DNA of 64,000 nt from Mytilus trossulus. Lineage: Eukaryota. The notes under the pieces are model-generated. The model was given only the letters and a program-made list of their open reading frames with translations. It did no database searches and was not told the origin of the DNA. This document shows, in pieces, positions 1 to 13,300 of this stretch (position 1 is the first letter of the stretch; each line of letters opens with the position of its first letter). The position numbers and the translations under genes were made by a program. The stretch is taken from positions 42,098,001-42,162,000 of the forward strand of contig NC_086373.1 in assembly GCF_036588685.1 (NCBI RefSeq). Direction: 5' to 3'.

Positions 1-2597
1 CAACCAGGAAGTTAATTAATTGAACCTATTAATACTCAAAACTGTATTGCATTATTCAATGCCGGTCATGCAGGACCCTGAAAGAATTATCAAGGAAACA
101 ACAAAGGGGCTAGTACTAGTATGAGAAAATAATTGAATGTTGCAGTCTAGAAATACAAAAATATGCTCCTCATTTTTGATAAAGTTGAAGTTAAGAAATT
201 GAGGAAGTAATTTGGTCCCTGTTTTTTATACTTACAAAATACCCATTAAATTATGTGATCATAATAACCAATCACAAAATAGTTTAAGTAAATTTAGTAA
301 TATTGTCATTTGAAGCTTGTGTATCATGTTTATAGTCAAATAAAGATAACACGAAGGGTGTTCGATTCCACCACTATTAAGTGACTTCAAAAAAGAACAG
401 TTAGCACAAAAATCACTTGTCATTTTCTAATAAATTAATAGCATACTTAGTATTTTTACGCTTTGCGACAATATTTGCGAACTCGAAATATGATATATTT
501 AAACACAAATCAGTTAATTCAATGCACATAATTATAGATAACCACTTTAAAGACACACATGCATGTGTATTTGTTAACATAAGTAGAAACTTGTGCATGT
601 ACAACTCTTTAATAAATACATATGAATATATTCTGCCTTATACAAGACCGACAAATGATAAGTAGGGTTTTCACACGCTACACCACAAGATGTTGATCCA
701 CAAACAAAAAATATCAATCGATTCAGACAATATTGACCCTCGAGTAACCATTCTGCGCTCTTATTTCCAAATGTCTAATCAGAAAAAAAGCAGCAACCAC
801 CTTTTTTAAAGTCTGCCTTTTTAATAAAGCGAAAAATTTATACCAATACATCCTGTATTCAAGGTCTGACTAAAAAAGAAGGTGCATACCTGTTATTCAA
901 AGAAAAGTCTTTACAAAACATGTCTTTACAAAAACAACTATCAACAGAAACAAGGGATAAAATCTTAGCAACTATATATGGACAATGTATTGGGGATGCA
1001 ATCGGACTGCTCACTGAATTTTTATCAAAGGACGATACATATATGGTGAATATTGTTTTTAAAAAAGCTTTTTAGTTATTCTACGGATACTAAAATCATA
1101 CCACAGACAGTTATTAATTGTAAAAAAAGAAGAAAATTCATCAATTAAAATGTCAGAACAGGAGATTCTACGCCTTATTTGTCTTAGACCCGGCCTCAAA
1201 AAGTATTGAGTTTTAACTTTGAACTGCAAAAAAGAGTGTTTCGTGAATGGAGATTTAGGTATGGCATTTTGCTGGATATCATTTAGATTGATAAAACTAA
1301 GAATCAGAAAAGTTTTTGATTAAACAATAATAGAGATTGTTACTTTATAACACAGTATACACATTTCCTCTTCACAGTCTTCAGCAGTGGCACTCGAATT
1401 ACATTAGTAGGAAGGTTAAATAAACAACGAAGTTAATGGAAATTGAAAACAGAATAATTTAAAAACCTGATAAATGCACTCTATGCCTCGGATCAGAATC
1501 CTAGGGAAGCGACATATCATAAAATATAAGCAGTAAATATACAAAAAGAACTACATTGTTTATGTTTCATGTCAGCTCAAGAGTGCTGATTACTGAACTA
1601 GTTAAACAATCACGAAAGAAATATCCAACAGTATTAACATAGAACCATTGGTTGTTAAAAGTAATCAGAAATGTAAGAAAGTAATATCTCTTTTTTTGTG
1701 AGTTTGAAGGTTATTTCAAGTAATTATATAACAGTGTTTTTAGCATAAAAAAACTGTAATAAAACGAATTGATGGCAGCCTGATCGTATATACACAAAGT
1801 CTTTGACGCATATACGTTCTTCCTTATAATATAAAAAGGAAGATGCTGATGCCCAATTCTATAATAAATGTATCGTTTGTAAAGGATATACATAAAGAAA
1901 AAATTTCCTTACAAACAGAAACGTATTCAGATCAGGGAATTAGAGCCCGTATGCATTAAAATACGAATGCTCAGATTTTTTCAGAAAAGATGGATTTTTT
2001 TCATAATATCTTACAATAAATTAGTACTACGAATGAATATCTTAACTTTAGTAGTTTTATGCATATGTGCCCAGTTTAAGGAAATGATTTGAACAAATCG
2101 TTATAACGAAACCGTAACATAACAGCACAAACTAATGCAAAACAACTATTTGGATTAGGTTAAGATAAAATTTCACAAATTTGATCTGACAAGGATGCAT
2201 ATTTATTGCTAGGAAAGGAATATAGATCATTGGCAATGGTACTTACTTTCCCTTTTAAATCATCATATTTAATGTCTCTTCATTATTATGGGAAAGTAGC
2301 TGACGAATAAGAATATCGCCATAAACAGATTGTAGATGATTTTCACAGGTCAAGGTGGGAAGATGGCGACTGGACAGATGATAGGGATCAAATGATACTG
2401 ATCATGAGGTATTTAGTCGAATGTGGTGGTAAGGTATGTTAGGAAAGGATAACTCATATTTGGTTAAAAAAAAAATCCAACAACTATGATTAATTAAAAA
2501 TTTTCTTTGAAAATGACATAATCAAGATGTTTGATTTTTAGATTGACAACATATTTATTACGTTATTAATACGACATTCCTGGGCTTCTATTTCCTA

Positions 2598-3035
2598 TCA
2601 TGATTTCCTTGATAGAGAGTTGTTGCTCAAAAGAAAGCTATAACAAGCAGAGTGTTCCAAATAGGGAAGTTGAAATCATCACTTCAAAAGATTTACGGAC
2701 GCCATCACGAGTTATTTGACCGTTATGGAATATCCGTTTCACAGATGATAGCGGATATGATCCCGTTCCATTTTCACGAATGTGACCCACCGGATTAGAC
2801 TTATTTCTGGGTTAGTACAAACACGAGCAACTCAACGGTGCTTCATGGGGAGCAGTATCTATTTTCCCTTTATCCGGAACACCTAAGATTAACCCCAGTT
2901 TTTGTGGGGTCGTGTTGCTTAGTCTTTTTTTTCTATGTTGTGATTTGTGTACTATTGTTTGTTTGCCCTTTTCTTTTTTTAAACTATTGGCATTGTCAGT
3001 TTATTTACGATTTATGAGTTTGACTGTCGCTTTGG
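2598..3035 (+). mobile_element. Penelope-like retroelement 3' fragment (RT thumb and UTR), degenerate
   Basis: Translates with breaks as HDFLDRELLLKRKL..KLKSSLQKIYGRHHELFDRYGISVSQMI. It is followed by a dispersed repeat also seen at ~5595-5745, ~9935-10180, ~36075-36210 and ~49305-49385/52388-52470. Confidence 0.6.
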
Positions 3036-4424
3036 GATCTGCAACGCTTTCAGAATTTCCAGTTTCGACGTCGACATTCAGCAGTTCAGACAATTTAACC
3101 ATATTCACTTTATAAAAATGAGGCTAACATTGTCGATTGACTTACCTGTAAATTTACTTTTAAAAAACAATATATATACCAGTATGCATGTCTGCAATTA
3201 CTATTAGGGTTAAAAATAATTTCATTTATATTTCCATTTAATACTCTGATAAACAGGCTTGATTAAAAATATGTACTTAAGTATCGGGTTTTCAATCATT
3301 TTTATTTATATATTTGATGTAAGTAATTTATTTTCATATATTGGGCTGGGGTATAAATCAAGTGATATTCATTTATTGTTGAACTACGCGTATGTTGCAG
3401 TAAAATTGCTATCGTTTATGCCTGTACCAAGTCAGGAATATGACAGTTCTTGTCCATTCGTTTTTGATGCGTTTTAATTTTTGATTTTGCCATGTGATTA
3501 TGGACTTTCCAAATTGATTTTCCTCTGAGTTCAGTATTTTTGTGATTTTACTTTTTATATAACCGTACATATTAGATCCTACCTAACTAAGTCTAAAGAC
3601 ACAAAAAAATATTTCAAATTTAAAGACGTCCCAATAATTAATTTTATATAATAATGTGACTTACTTCTAGGTAGTTCCTGTTGACTTTGCTAAAAAAACA
3701 TTAGAAACCTGGATAATGTGTGGTTTTAGTGAGTTGGGCGATGATGGTGGATGGATGTGATTTAGGGACTACAACAAGCGAAGTGACTTCACACACAGAC
3801 TATCTAAAAGACCCACACGAGGTAAGACTCAGTTCTCTTGGTACTTACTATAAACTAAATTCACTGAACAAATTAAACGGAAGATTACACAAATTTTCTT
3901 TTTTTGTCATTTTTGCCAAACACTTCCAAATATAACTGACAACTCATATCATCTTTCAGTACTTTTAATGTATAAAGCAAATTCTAATTTACCATTAACA
4001 CAGTATTATGTACCAAAACAGTAGTGCAAAACATTAGAAAATATGATCAGTTTTTTATACTGTCATATATATAGCCGATATAATATACTAGTTAACATAA
4101 AAACGGTAGAAATATTTGTTCCTACTTAATTGGTTTGACAGATTAAAAAATAATGCAAGATACAGTAAATTCAGCTCTATAACTCCTATCAGATATTTTT
4201 TACATATATAAAACAATCTTAGAAAAAACACAAAATTATTATTCTCGAATACCATTTCACCACTAATGTGTTCAACTTCGGACTCGATTCATTCCAGTAT
4301 GCCCTACAAAATTGACTTGATATATATACTCTTCAATTTCGTTCTTTATTCAAATTGGCTTACATTTCGTACTTGTTGTACATTACAATGTACTTATTTG
4401 AATGCACTTTAAATACGTACACAA

Positions 4425-4600
4425 TTCAAATGCTCTTGAACTTCGTACTTGATTCCAATGCTCTTCAACTTTGTACTTGATTCCAATGCTTTTCAACTTT
4501 GTACTTGATTCCAATGCTCTTCAACTTTGTACTTGATTCCAATGCTTTTCAACTTTGTACTTGATTCCAATGCTCTTTAACTTAACTTCGGGCTTGATTT
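4425..4600. repeat. 28-bp minisatellite (~6 copies), intron 4 of the pseudogene
   Basis: Unit TGATTCCAATGCTCTTCAACTTTGTACT. Confidence 0.9.
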
Positions 4601-7600
4601 GGACTTTTTTTTTTATTGCACGTCACTAATGAGTCGTTTGTTGACTAAATGCAAGTCTGATGTAATAAATTTTAATCCTGGTATATTTGATGACTTTATT
4701 CATTTATGTGTATTTTTCGCCCTTTAAGATGAACTCGCAATGTATAAACTACTCTTTTAAACTAATCAAAAAGTAATGATGTATAGAGAGTATGCTTAAT
4801 TCTGTCCTTTGGTATTGTTTTTAGAAGTTAAATAGCGGAATCGATTAATTGTATTATTCAGTTCTAACTAAAAAAAGTACCTCTATAACAGCACTAAAAG
4901 GTATGCATTATTTGGTTTTTAATCTTTCAAACTGCAAGATACTTACATTTGAGGTAGCTCGGTATGTTTGGGAGGAACATGATAGATATATTTCACCCAA
5001 TGGTGCTGTAATGAGGACCTCTATTGTTGGTATTCACATGTACTGGTGTTTCGATGATGTAACTAAAATGCAAGAGACTTTGCAAAAGCAACACATCATG
5101 ATCCTAGGTAAATTTGTTTAGAATAAGTGTACAAGGTTATTTATTACAAAAAAAAAATCCATCATCTATCTTTTATAAGATACGTTTGGATTTTTTAACT
5201 ATATTTATATGGAACTAGAAGAATACGTTTCGGCTCTCTAACTTTTTACAATCTTAAGCTTCAACTGGGTGTTAACAATTTCGATCAAAGTTTTAAGTCC
5301 TAAGAACTGGAGGATTTTTTACCTTCCCTTGAATTGGATACTCACGCTAAAGGCAGTGAGCAGAGTTTTCGCCTCACTCCTTAAATATCTTTTTCCTTAT
5401 TACAGTGTAACATGTGTTTTTGACACACTGGTGGACCAGAAAAAAATGTTGTATTAAGCAGGGTGTTGGAATTCTCAAGGGTTTTTTTTCTGAAAGGATA
5501 GGTATATGTTTGGACCATAAAAATGCGTCGATTAAAGCAGAATGTTTGATTAGGCAGGTTACACTATACATTGTTTCAATTTGCACGATTATGATGGGCT
5601 GTGTTGCTTATTCTTTAGTTTTCTATGTTGTGTCATGTGTTCTATTGTTTATCTGTTTGTCCTTTTCATTTTTAGCCATGGCGTTGTCAGTCTATTTTTC
5701 GATTTATGAGTTTGACTGTTCCTCGTGTATCTTTCGTCCTTCTTTTACAACAACACAAAGCAATGATTATTCATCCATACTGTAATTTAACGTTTTTTTC
5801 TGTACGGGAAATATTCCGAAATCTATATTTCATTCTAGCTAATAGAATTTATGTTTCATCATTCGGGAACCAATCAGAACTGATATTTTTTTGTAATAAT
5901 TTCAAGATGATTTTTATATCGAATGAAACAAATAGGTTAGCACTGTGTTGCGATGCAGAAAGCAAAGCAAAATAAAGATAAAGTAAATATTTTAACAAAA
6001 GTTTGTATGAAACAAAACAAAAAACCAATCTATCATAACATAGTAATTTTCTATAAAACTTAGAGTCTTAAATGATTTAAGAAATGAACCATTAAGATGT
6101 TTTGTTATGTATATTTTGAAGCAATTGCATACTGGGAGAAATTTCAAACAGAAATGAAAAGCATGTGAATAACACTTCCAAAAACAACTTACTTCGGAGG
6201 AGAATTGTGTGTATAACTGGCTTTTACACATTTTGTTTTTCGTCTTCTAGATGCCAGGCTTCAACAGTAGCTGTGTCTGTTGCCATCGCAACCATGTTAC
6301 AAGGAAAGCACAAGGACCAACAAGGGAAATTCAAAGTGAACGAAATAATACAAGAAGCTTACGAATATGCATCAACGCGTTTAGAAACGGATGGAGAAAA
6401 GGAAGAACTGCTGTTTTATTTGAAATGTAAAAATATTGATAATTTGAAATTAGATGAAGCCGATAAAATTGAATACACATACAAATCTATGGGTACAGGA
6501 TTCTGGGCATTGAATCAAGATAATTTCCGGAAAACAATCACCACAATTGTCATGCAGGTACAAATTTAGTTTTAATTGCATGTTGTAAAACAGTTGACAT
6601 AATGAATGATTCGAAGTGAACAGTCTATAAGACAAATATTTTTCCAGATAAAAGTGCGTCACTACGCTACCATGACTTCAAATATTATTAATAATAACAA
6701 TGATAGATATCATCATTATTATCATTATTTCACCATCAGGAATTAATAAGAAACAAGAGATATTGTGCTTATCATAAATGAAGTGGTAAATCTGAACACC
6801 AACTTTAAGAATGAATAAATACGCTGACATATGTGGTAGATTTTTATTTTACTTCAACGTACCAGCTTGTAGTGCCTTAAGTTTGAAATGTTTTCAATTC
6901 TTAGGGTGTTTTTTTACTTTGATATTAGTTTTGTAAGTCTTATCTATATTAAACTAGGTAGACATCAAAAAGAATGATATTGTGCTGCCTTAATGGTAAA
7001 TTTTTAATTTACCATTTCCAATCTATCCAAAATAAAGATATGAAATTCAAACTCGCATCCCTCTCTTTTGTTTTAGTGAAAACCTGTCAAATCGGAACTT
7101 TACGTCTTTTTTATTCTTACTAAGACATAAAAAGATTGCTTTATGTTGTAGTGGTCTACGCATCCAGCATAATCGGTGACATAGAGATTTTTTAAGCATC
7201 TACGCCTGTGGCTACTTCGATATTGCTTTAGCTGTGCAGTGTTGTATTTTCATAATTGAAAACGTTTATAAAATTCTTTAGTTTCATCTTTAATTTTCTA
7301 TGGTTTTAAAATGATAGTTTGGTTTTTGCACTCTTTTTTGTACCGTTTTTTCGAAAAAGTAATAGTGTGTGTACAATTTGGTCAATTGTCACTACATTAA
7401 TCTTCTACTTAGGGAGGAGATGCCGATTCGAATGCCTGTGTCGGAGGTGCTTTACTGGGATGTAAACTAGGTATGTCTGCTTTACCAGAATCATGGTTGA
7501 CGAAGCTTTTACACAAGGACTGGTTGGATAATGAGATTAAAAAGTTAGTCTATCTTCAATTTTTTTTATATGTCTGAACCACCGCCGTTGCGTAGGGGAC

Positions 7601-9266
7601 ATTAGGTTTTTATCTTTTCCATCTGTTGATTTGTCCGTACTTTCAAAATTGGTTTCAGTTTTCAAACTTTAGTCTGCATAACCAAATAGTATGAAACTTG
7701 AACATATATAATATTCATAATGCGCATTACCACAAAACACATATAAAAAAAAGGAAAAACACAAAAAATACTCCGAGGAAAATTCAAAAAGGAAAATCCT
7801 AAATCAAATGGCAAAATCAAATTTTCAAACACATCAAACGAATGAATAACAACTGTCATATTTCTGACTTGGTACAGATATTTTCTTATGTAGAATATGG
7901 TGGATTGAACCTGGTTTTATAGCTAGCTAAAACTCTCACTTGTATGACAGTCGCATCAAATTCCATTATATTGTTAACGATGCGTAAACAAAACAAACAG
8001 ACACAATTGGTAAAAATGTCAAAAATAAGGAGACATAAGTTTGTATTTTGGTAGCGTCACTATTAACGTTTTAGAGTTATGCATTATACTTAATTTATCT
8101 TGAATAAAGCAACAAATGAGCAATAATTGACTAGGTTACTGACTTGATAATTTTATTTTCATCCGGATGGTTTTAATGCCGTAGTGTCGATGCATTAAGT
8201 TTTACACTTGTCTGTCATTAGTCCGTCTGTAAGTACCAAAGTTAATTTAAGTTCTCCAACTTTAAATAAAAAAGAAGGTGTGCCAAATCAGACAGCCTTC
8301 CACAAAAGACCAAAATGACACAGATATTAACAACTATGGGTCACCGTACGTCTTTCAACAATGAACAAAGCCCAAACCGCATAGTAAGTTTTAAAAGGCC
8401 ACACAATGACAATACAGTTTTTCTCAACTAAAAGTTATTAAACAGTAATACTTATTACCACAAAATTCAGATACAAAATGTGAATCCTAGTATCTATGAT
8501 GATTTCATTTATAACCACTTGGTCGATGGAGCTCACTGTTGGTGGAGGTATCCTTCCCGAGGAAATCACACAGCCAATAGTCATCACCTCTGTGTTGACA
8601 TTCATCAACATTAATATGGTCAAATTATAAATTAACTTTGAAATTTCTATAGACGAAATGCGCTACTTATGTACAAAATTCCGATCCTGGTTATCTATAT
8701 ATATGATTAGTTTATTTATTAGCAAAATATTTCATTTATTAAAAAAATCACATGATAGTTAATATTTTGATACATCAGACTGGTTCCACAAAATTTTAAA
8801 TTTTTGTTATGTATTCCAGATATTTTGAAATGATGAAATGGGAACAGAATGAAAAATCAGAAGAATCTAAAAAATAATCTACAAGAGAAAAGAAGATAAA
8901 ATGTGTGTATATAATGCCAATCGTTTTTTTTCAAAATCGGACAGAAAGAACAACTAACCATCAACAATTTAAAAGATGGAAAATATCGAGATAACTTCAC
9001 TCATTACTTTAATAAACCACTTTTTTCAATAGCTACTACTGAACTCAGTCTCACCACCTAATGACTATGATGATTATGGATTTAATACTCTTTTAAGACA
9101 AGTATAAAACACACATACATACTTGATTTTATACCATATAGACACGAGTAAAATATAAAAAATGATTATTGATTATATACTGTTAGAACATCAATGAAAT
9201 ATAAAAATGTATGATTGATTGTTGTTTGGTTCGAGGCGAATATAAAAGAATCATGACAACTGAATA

Positions 9267-9434
9267 CACCTTATCGCTATTCCCGGCTGACCCGAGAATC
9301 TGTCCGGCTTCAATCATTGACGTCATACAACAAACACGTTTCTATTGTGGCGTCAGTTATTTTGTATAATGACGTCGAATTTTTACGGGAACCTGTGTAA
9401 TGTCCAGTAATGGCGGACAAATAGCGATAAGGTG
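9267..9434. mobile_element. MITE with TIRs and TA flanks (Tc1/mariner-like)
   Basis: TA|CACCTTATCGCTATT ... AATAGCGATAAGGTG|TA. Confidence 0.75.
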
Positions 9435-10382
9435 TATCTCAGCGCAATAAAAAAGTTTGCCAAGTTTAATAATCTAACTAGAGTACTTCTAGTATTTGAA
9501 CCATTACTTAGTTTTGCATGTGAAACTCAACATTGAAGTACATGTATCTTGTTATACTTCTCTTTTTGTCTTGAAGATACTTTAAATGTCACAAATTGGC
9601 TTCCGTTCTATAATTTGAGTTTTCTACAGCCAAATATTATGAATCTGATAAAAAAAAAAGGTAATTATAATATGACTCAGATCGAATATGAATTGAAAGG
9701 GGTCACTTAGATCTTTCAAGAGGTATGCCCTTTTAAAAATGCGACAAAACTGAATTTTCGTTTGCCTAAACCATATGTTATGAATCTTTTACACGATGCT
9801 TATTACCACAAGACACAGATTAAGTGTGCATTTGGACGTGATCACTTATACCTTTTGAAGAGTTATGCGCATTTACAAAAAGAAAAATTAAGTTCTTTAT
9901 CCTCAGTTTTCATCAACCAAAATGAAATAAAACTTCCTTATTTCGTAACTACAGTACCCTTCACTTTTCACGAATGTGACTACCGAGTTATACTATTTAC
10001 CGAATTTGCAATAACATAAGCATTACGACGGGTGCAACGTGTGGAGCAGAATCTGCTTACCCTTCCGGAGCATCTGAGATCGCCCTCAGTTTTTTGTGGG
10101 GTTCGTTTTGCTTAGTCTTTAGTTTTCTATGTTGTGTCTTCTGTACTATTATTTGCCTGTTTGTCTTTTTATTTTTATGATTGTCATTTCAAATCGAGTT
10201 AAATCGAACAAACAATTTCAAAAAAGAATAAGAATAAGAGTAAACACGAAAGATCCTCAATTTTTATTTCGAATATTAATAGAATGTTAATATATTCGAT
10301 TCTATTTATAGAAATTGCTTATTTCCTACACAAATGAAGGATTTAAAGACGACGTTTGTCATCAAAATCATATGATATAATA

Positions 10383-13300
10383 ATGGCGAACAGTGGAGAT
10401 GGCGAATCAGCTTCTGTAAGTACATGTAAACCTTATAAACACCATGGTAAAATGTGTCTTTGAATACTCGAATTGACCAATAAATTACTGAACACGTTCA
10501 CTCCATGAAACGTGTTTCTAAATTAAATGTACTAAACATTACAAATAAGCTTTTTTGTGTATTCATTTGTATACACATTTGTTTACTGAACATAACTACT
10601 TCCTTAATTTTGTGAATATATGAGGGTGTGAATGGGGGTTACAGAAAAGAGAATAATGGACAAAAGTTTAAACATAAAGAATAGAGAAAAACAAACTATA
10701 ACAAATAATGACAAGGAAATAGTCATATGTCGAATAGAGAATAATTGAGAAAAAGCATATATAATATAGAGAAATTAGCCTAATAATTCAAATAAGACAC
10801 AGTCCCTTAATAAATCTAATATCTTGTAATGAGATGTTGTAAAAAAAAAACTAAGATGGAAATTATGTAAAGATGCTTAAATTTGCAGTATAGTTAGAGG
10901 ATATTCATTAAAATTTCAACTATTGTAGAATTTTTAGTGAATCGAAAATGTTTAGGGTAGATGACTAAATAAATGGTCCAAATTTTTATTTTCGATTTTA
11001 ACCAGGAAGTTGATCAAATGACCCTATTAATAATTAAACAGTATTGCTCTCTTAAATGCCTCTTCATGAAGAATTCTACAAGAGACCATGAATTAAAACT
11101 AGAATGAGGAAGTAATTGAAATTTTGTAGTATAATATAGGGAATAAAAATTCTGCCCTCGGTTTTAGATAAAATTGCATAGAAGTAATGGGAGAAATACT
11201 TAGGTACCCGTTCTATATACTAAATAATCTTTGAATAATACATCGTAATGTAAGTACATCAGGAAAGCAATCAGTATCACAAACTCATTGAAATAGTTCG
11301 AAAATAGAAAAGCACATTTGTTTCAAAGACATATCTTGCCAGCTTGTGCAGATTACTTGATTATTCTATCATAAATAGTATTAAATAACTTGAGCTCCGC
11401 AGATACGTCAACATCGAGTCTACAAAAAAGAAAATTAAGGAGAGAAATCATATAATATTTCTATCCATGAAAACAATACAAAAATACAAACATTCGTTGG
11501 TGTGGTAAATACACGAGGGTCATCATCTTTACGTATCTGCATATTGTACGCTTCAAATGACAGTATTCCTAAATTATTTTTTAAAGCAAGAAAACTATTT
11601 TCGCTTAAAAAGTCCTGTGCTGTTTACACATACTATTACTCACTCAATATCTTTATAATTTGCTAGAAATATTGACAACTCCGAAATATCATATATTTAA
11701 ACACAAACAAATTTACTAAATACACACATTTACATATGACCACTATAAAGACACACACTCATGTGTATCTGCTTACATAAATAGAAACTTGTGTATGTTT
11801 AACTTTAATAAATATAGAGAGATATTCTGCCTTCTGCTAGATCGACATTTGCTCAGTTGTGTTTGGGGTGCTACATTACAAGAAAGCAATCTTCAGAAAG
11901 ACAAATTAATCTAGTCAGACACATTCGACAAATCTACGCTCATATTTCCAAAAATTTAATCAGTGGAAAGTAGTAGCCACCAACTTTAAATTAAAAGTTT
12001 CTTTTTACCAAGCTGAGAGTCGATACCAATACCTCCACTACTCTAGGTTTGACTAAGAAAAAAAAATTCATACCTGGTACACAAAAATAAAAGTTGTTTT
12101 AAAAAAGATGAAATTATTAATACAAATGTGTCAAATCAATAACAAAACTGAACCTTACACGTAACGATTTATTTTCAAATGCTTTTTATCTGATTTGGAA
12201 ATAATTGCACTGAACCGATCCCAAATACACGTTTTTATCCAATATCTGTTTCTTCAAAAACTCTTTGAGAACCCCAAATATAAGAGTGTTAGAGAAAATT
12301 CAGAGTTGGGCAAAGCCAATGATATACTTAAACTGGACAGTCAAAAAATACCAACAACACAATGAGTAAAATCAAAGACCAAGGAATATTAAACACATTC
12401 ACAAACACTACATAGACAATAAAACAGCAGAAAGTATCTCACAGAAAACAGTGGATTTATTAGGCTTCCAACTCGTGAAGGAAATGTTCCCGAGTATTGA
12501 AATCGATTCAGTTGTTGTAAAACGTAATCAGAAATAAAAAGAGAACCTATATATCTATTTTTTTCTGTAAATTTGAAGGTTAATTCAAGTCAGGAATAAT
12601 AGTCAGAAAACTGTACTAAAACAGTGGAATTTATGAGGCTTCCAAGTCCTGCATATAAAGAACCATTAATTACACATGCATATATATACTCACAAATATA
12701 TGATTATGTACTAAAATGTTAATGGTTTTTTTTTTTTAGCATAACCAACCATCACCCGAAACGATTGATAGAATCCAAACTACTATATATGGACAATGTA
12801 TTGGGGATGCAATCGGACTTCTCACTGAGTTCTTATCAAAGGATGAAGCAAAGATGGTGACTATTGTTTTAGCCTTCTAAATTATTTTAAAGATACTAAA
12901 ATCCATAGACGTTTAAAAGTTTATCAACAGTTATCAATAGCTTGATTAACTAGAAGTCAGAAATAAGTATCCGATGTTTTAAATGACATATTGTTTGAGA
13001 AGTCTGAAAAGATGAAAATCTGAATGACAGGAGATGATATGAAAACGTTTATTACACCACAACAAAGCAGCACAAAGAAAACTCTTCAACAAATTTGATC
13101 TGGCAAGGATGCATAATTTTTTCTGTACCTTTTTTTTTAGATTATAGCTCTTCATCTTTTTAATAAGCTTTGAATTTTAAAATATGTTGGCCTCGAGAAT
13201 GACTGAACAGTCGAAACGCGCATCTGGTTCCTAAAATTGATACTGTTAAAGTTATTGCAAAGAATATAAATCATTGAAAGTGGTACATTATTTGTGTACT

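Larger units (their letters stand above)
920..8877 (+). pseudogene. ADP-ribosylglycohydrolase pseudogene (upstream tandem copy)
   Basis: Exons homologous to the intact copy: 920-1045 (..IYGQCIGDAIGLLTEF..), 2284-2433 (..GDWTDD..), 3671-3821, 4954-5107 (NGAVMR..THHDP), 6251-6557, 7413-7543 (GGDADSN), 8820-8877. Lesions: exon-3 acceptor CAG>CAT at 2281-2283, in-frame TAA 2308-2310, 4-bp TGGA duplication ~3748-3755 giving TGA at 3758-3760, 1-bp deletion in the A run 5065-5068, and no canonical exon-2 acceptor. Positions 1-900 match intron 1 of the intact copy, so exon 1 probably lies upstream of the window. Confidence 0.9.

Noticed and set aside
1735-1815. Decayed second copy of ARH exon 2
   Set aside because: It aligns better to the intronic block at ~12600-12640 than to the exon.
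2308-3760. Readthrough or selenocysteine explanation for the ARH copy 1 stops
   Set aside because: The first stop is TAA at a Leu codon, and the TGA arises from a 4-bp frameshift alongside splice-site loss.
5414-5785. Hydrophobic short ORFs (also 2912-3115, 35995-36276, 38223-38624, 56547-56930) as membrane proteins
   Set aside because: They derive from T-rich repeats, a SINE or intronic sequence and have no domain signature.
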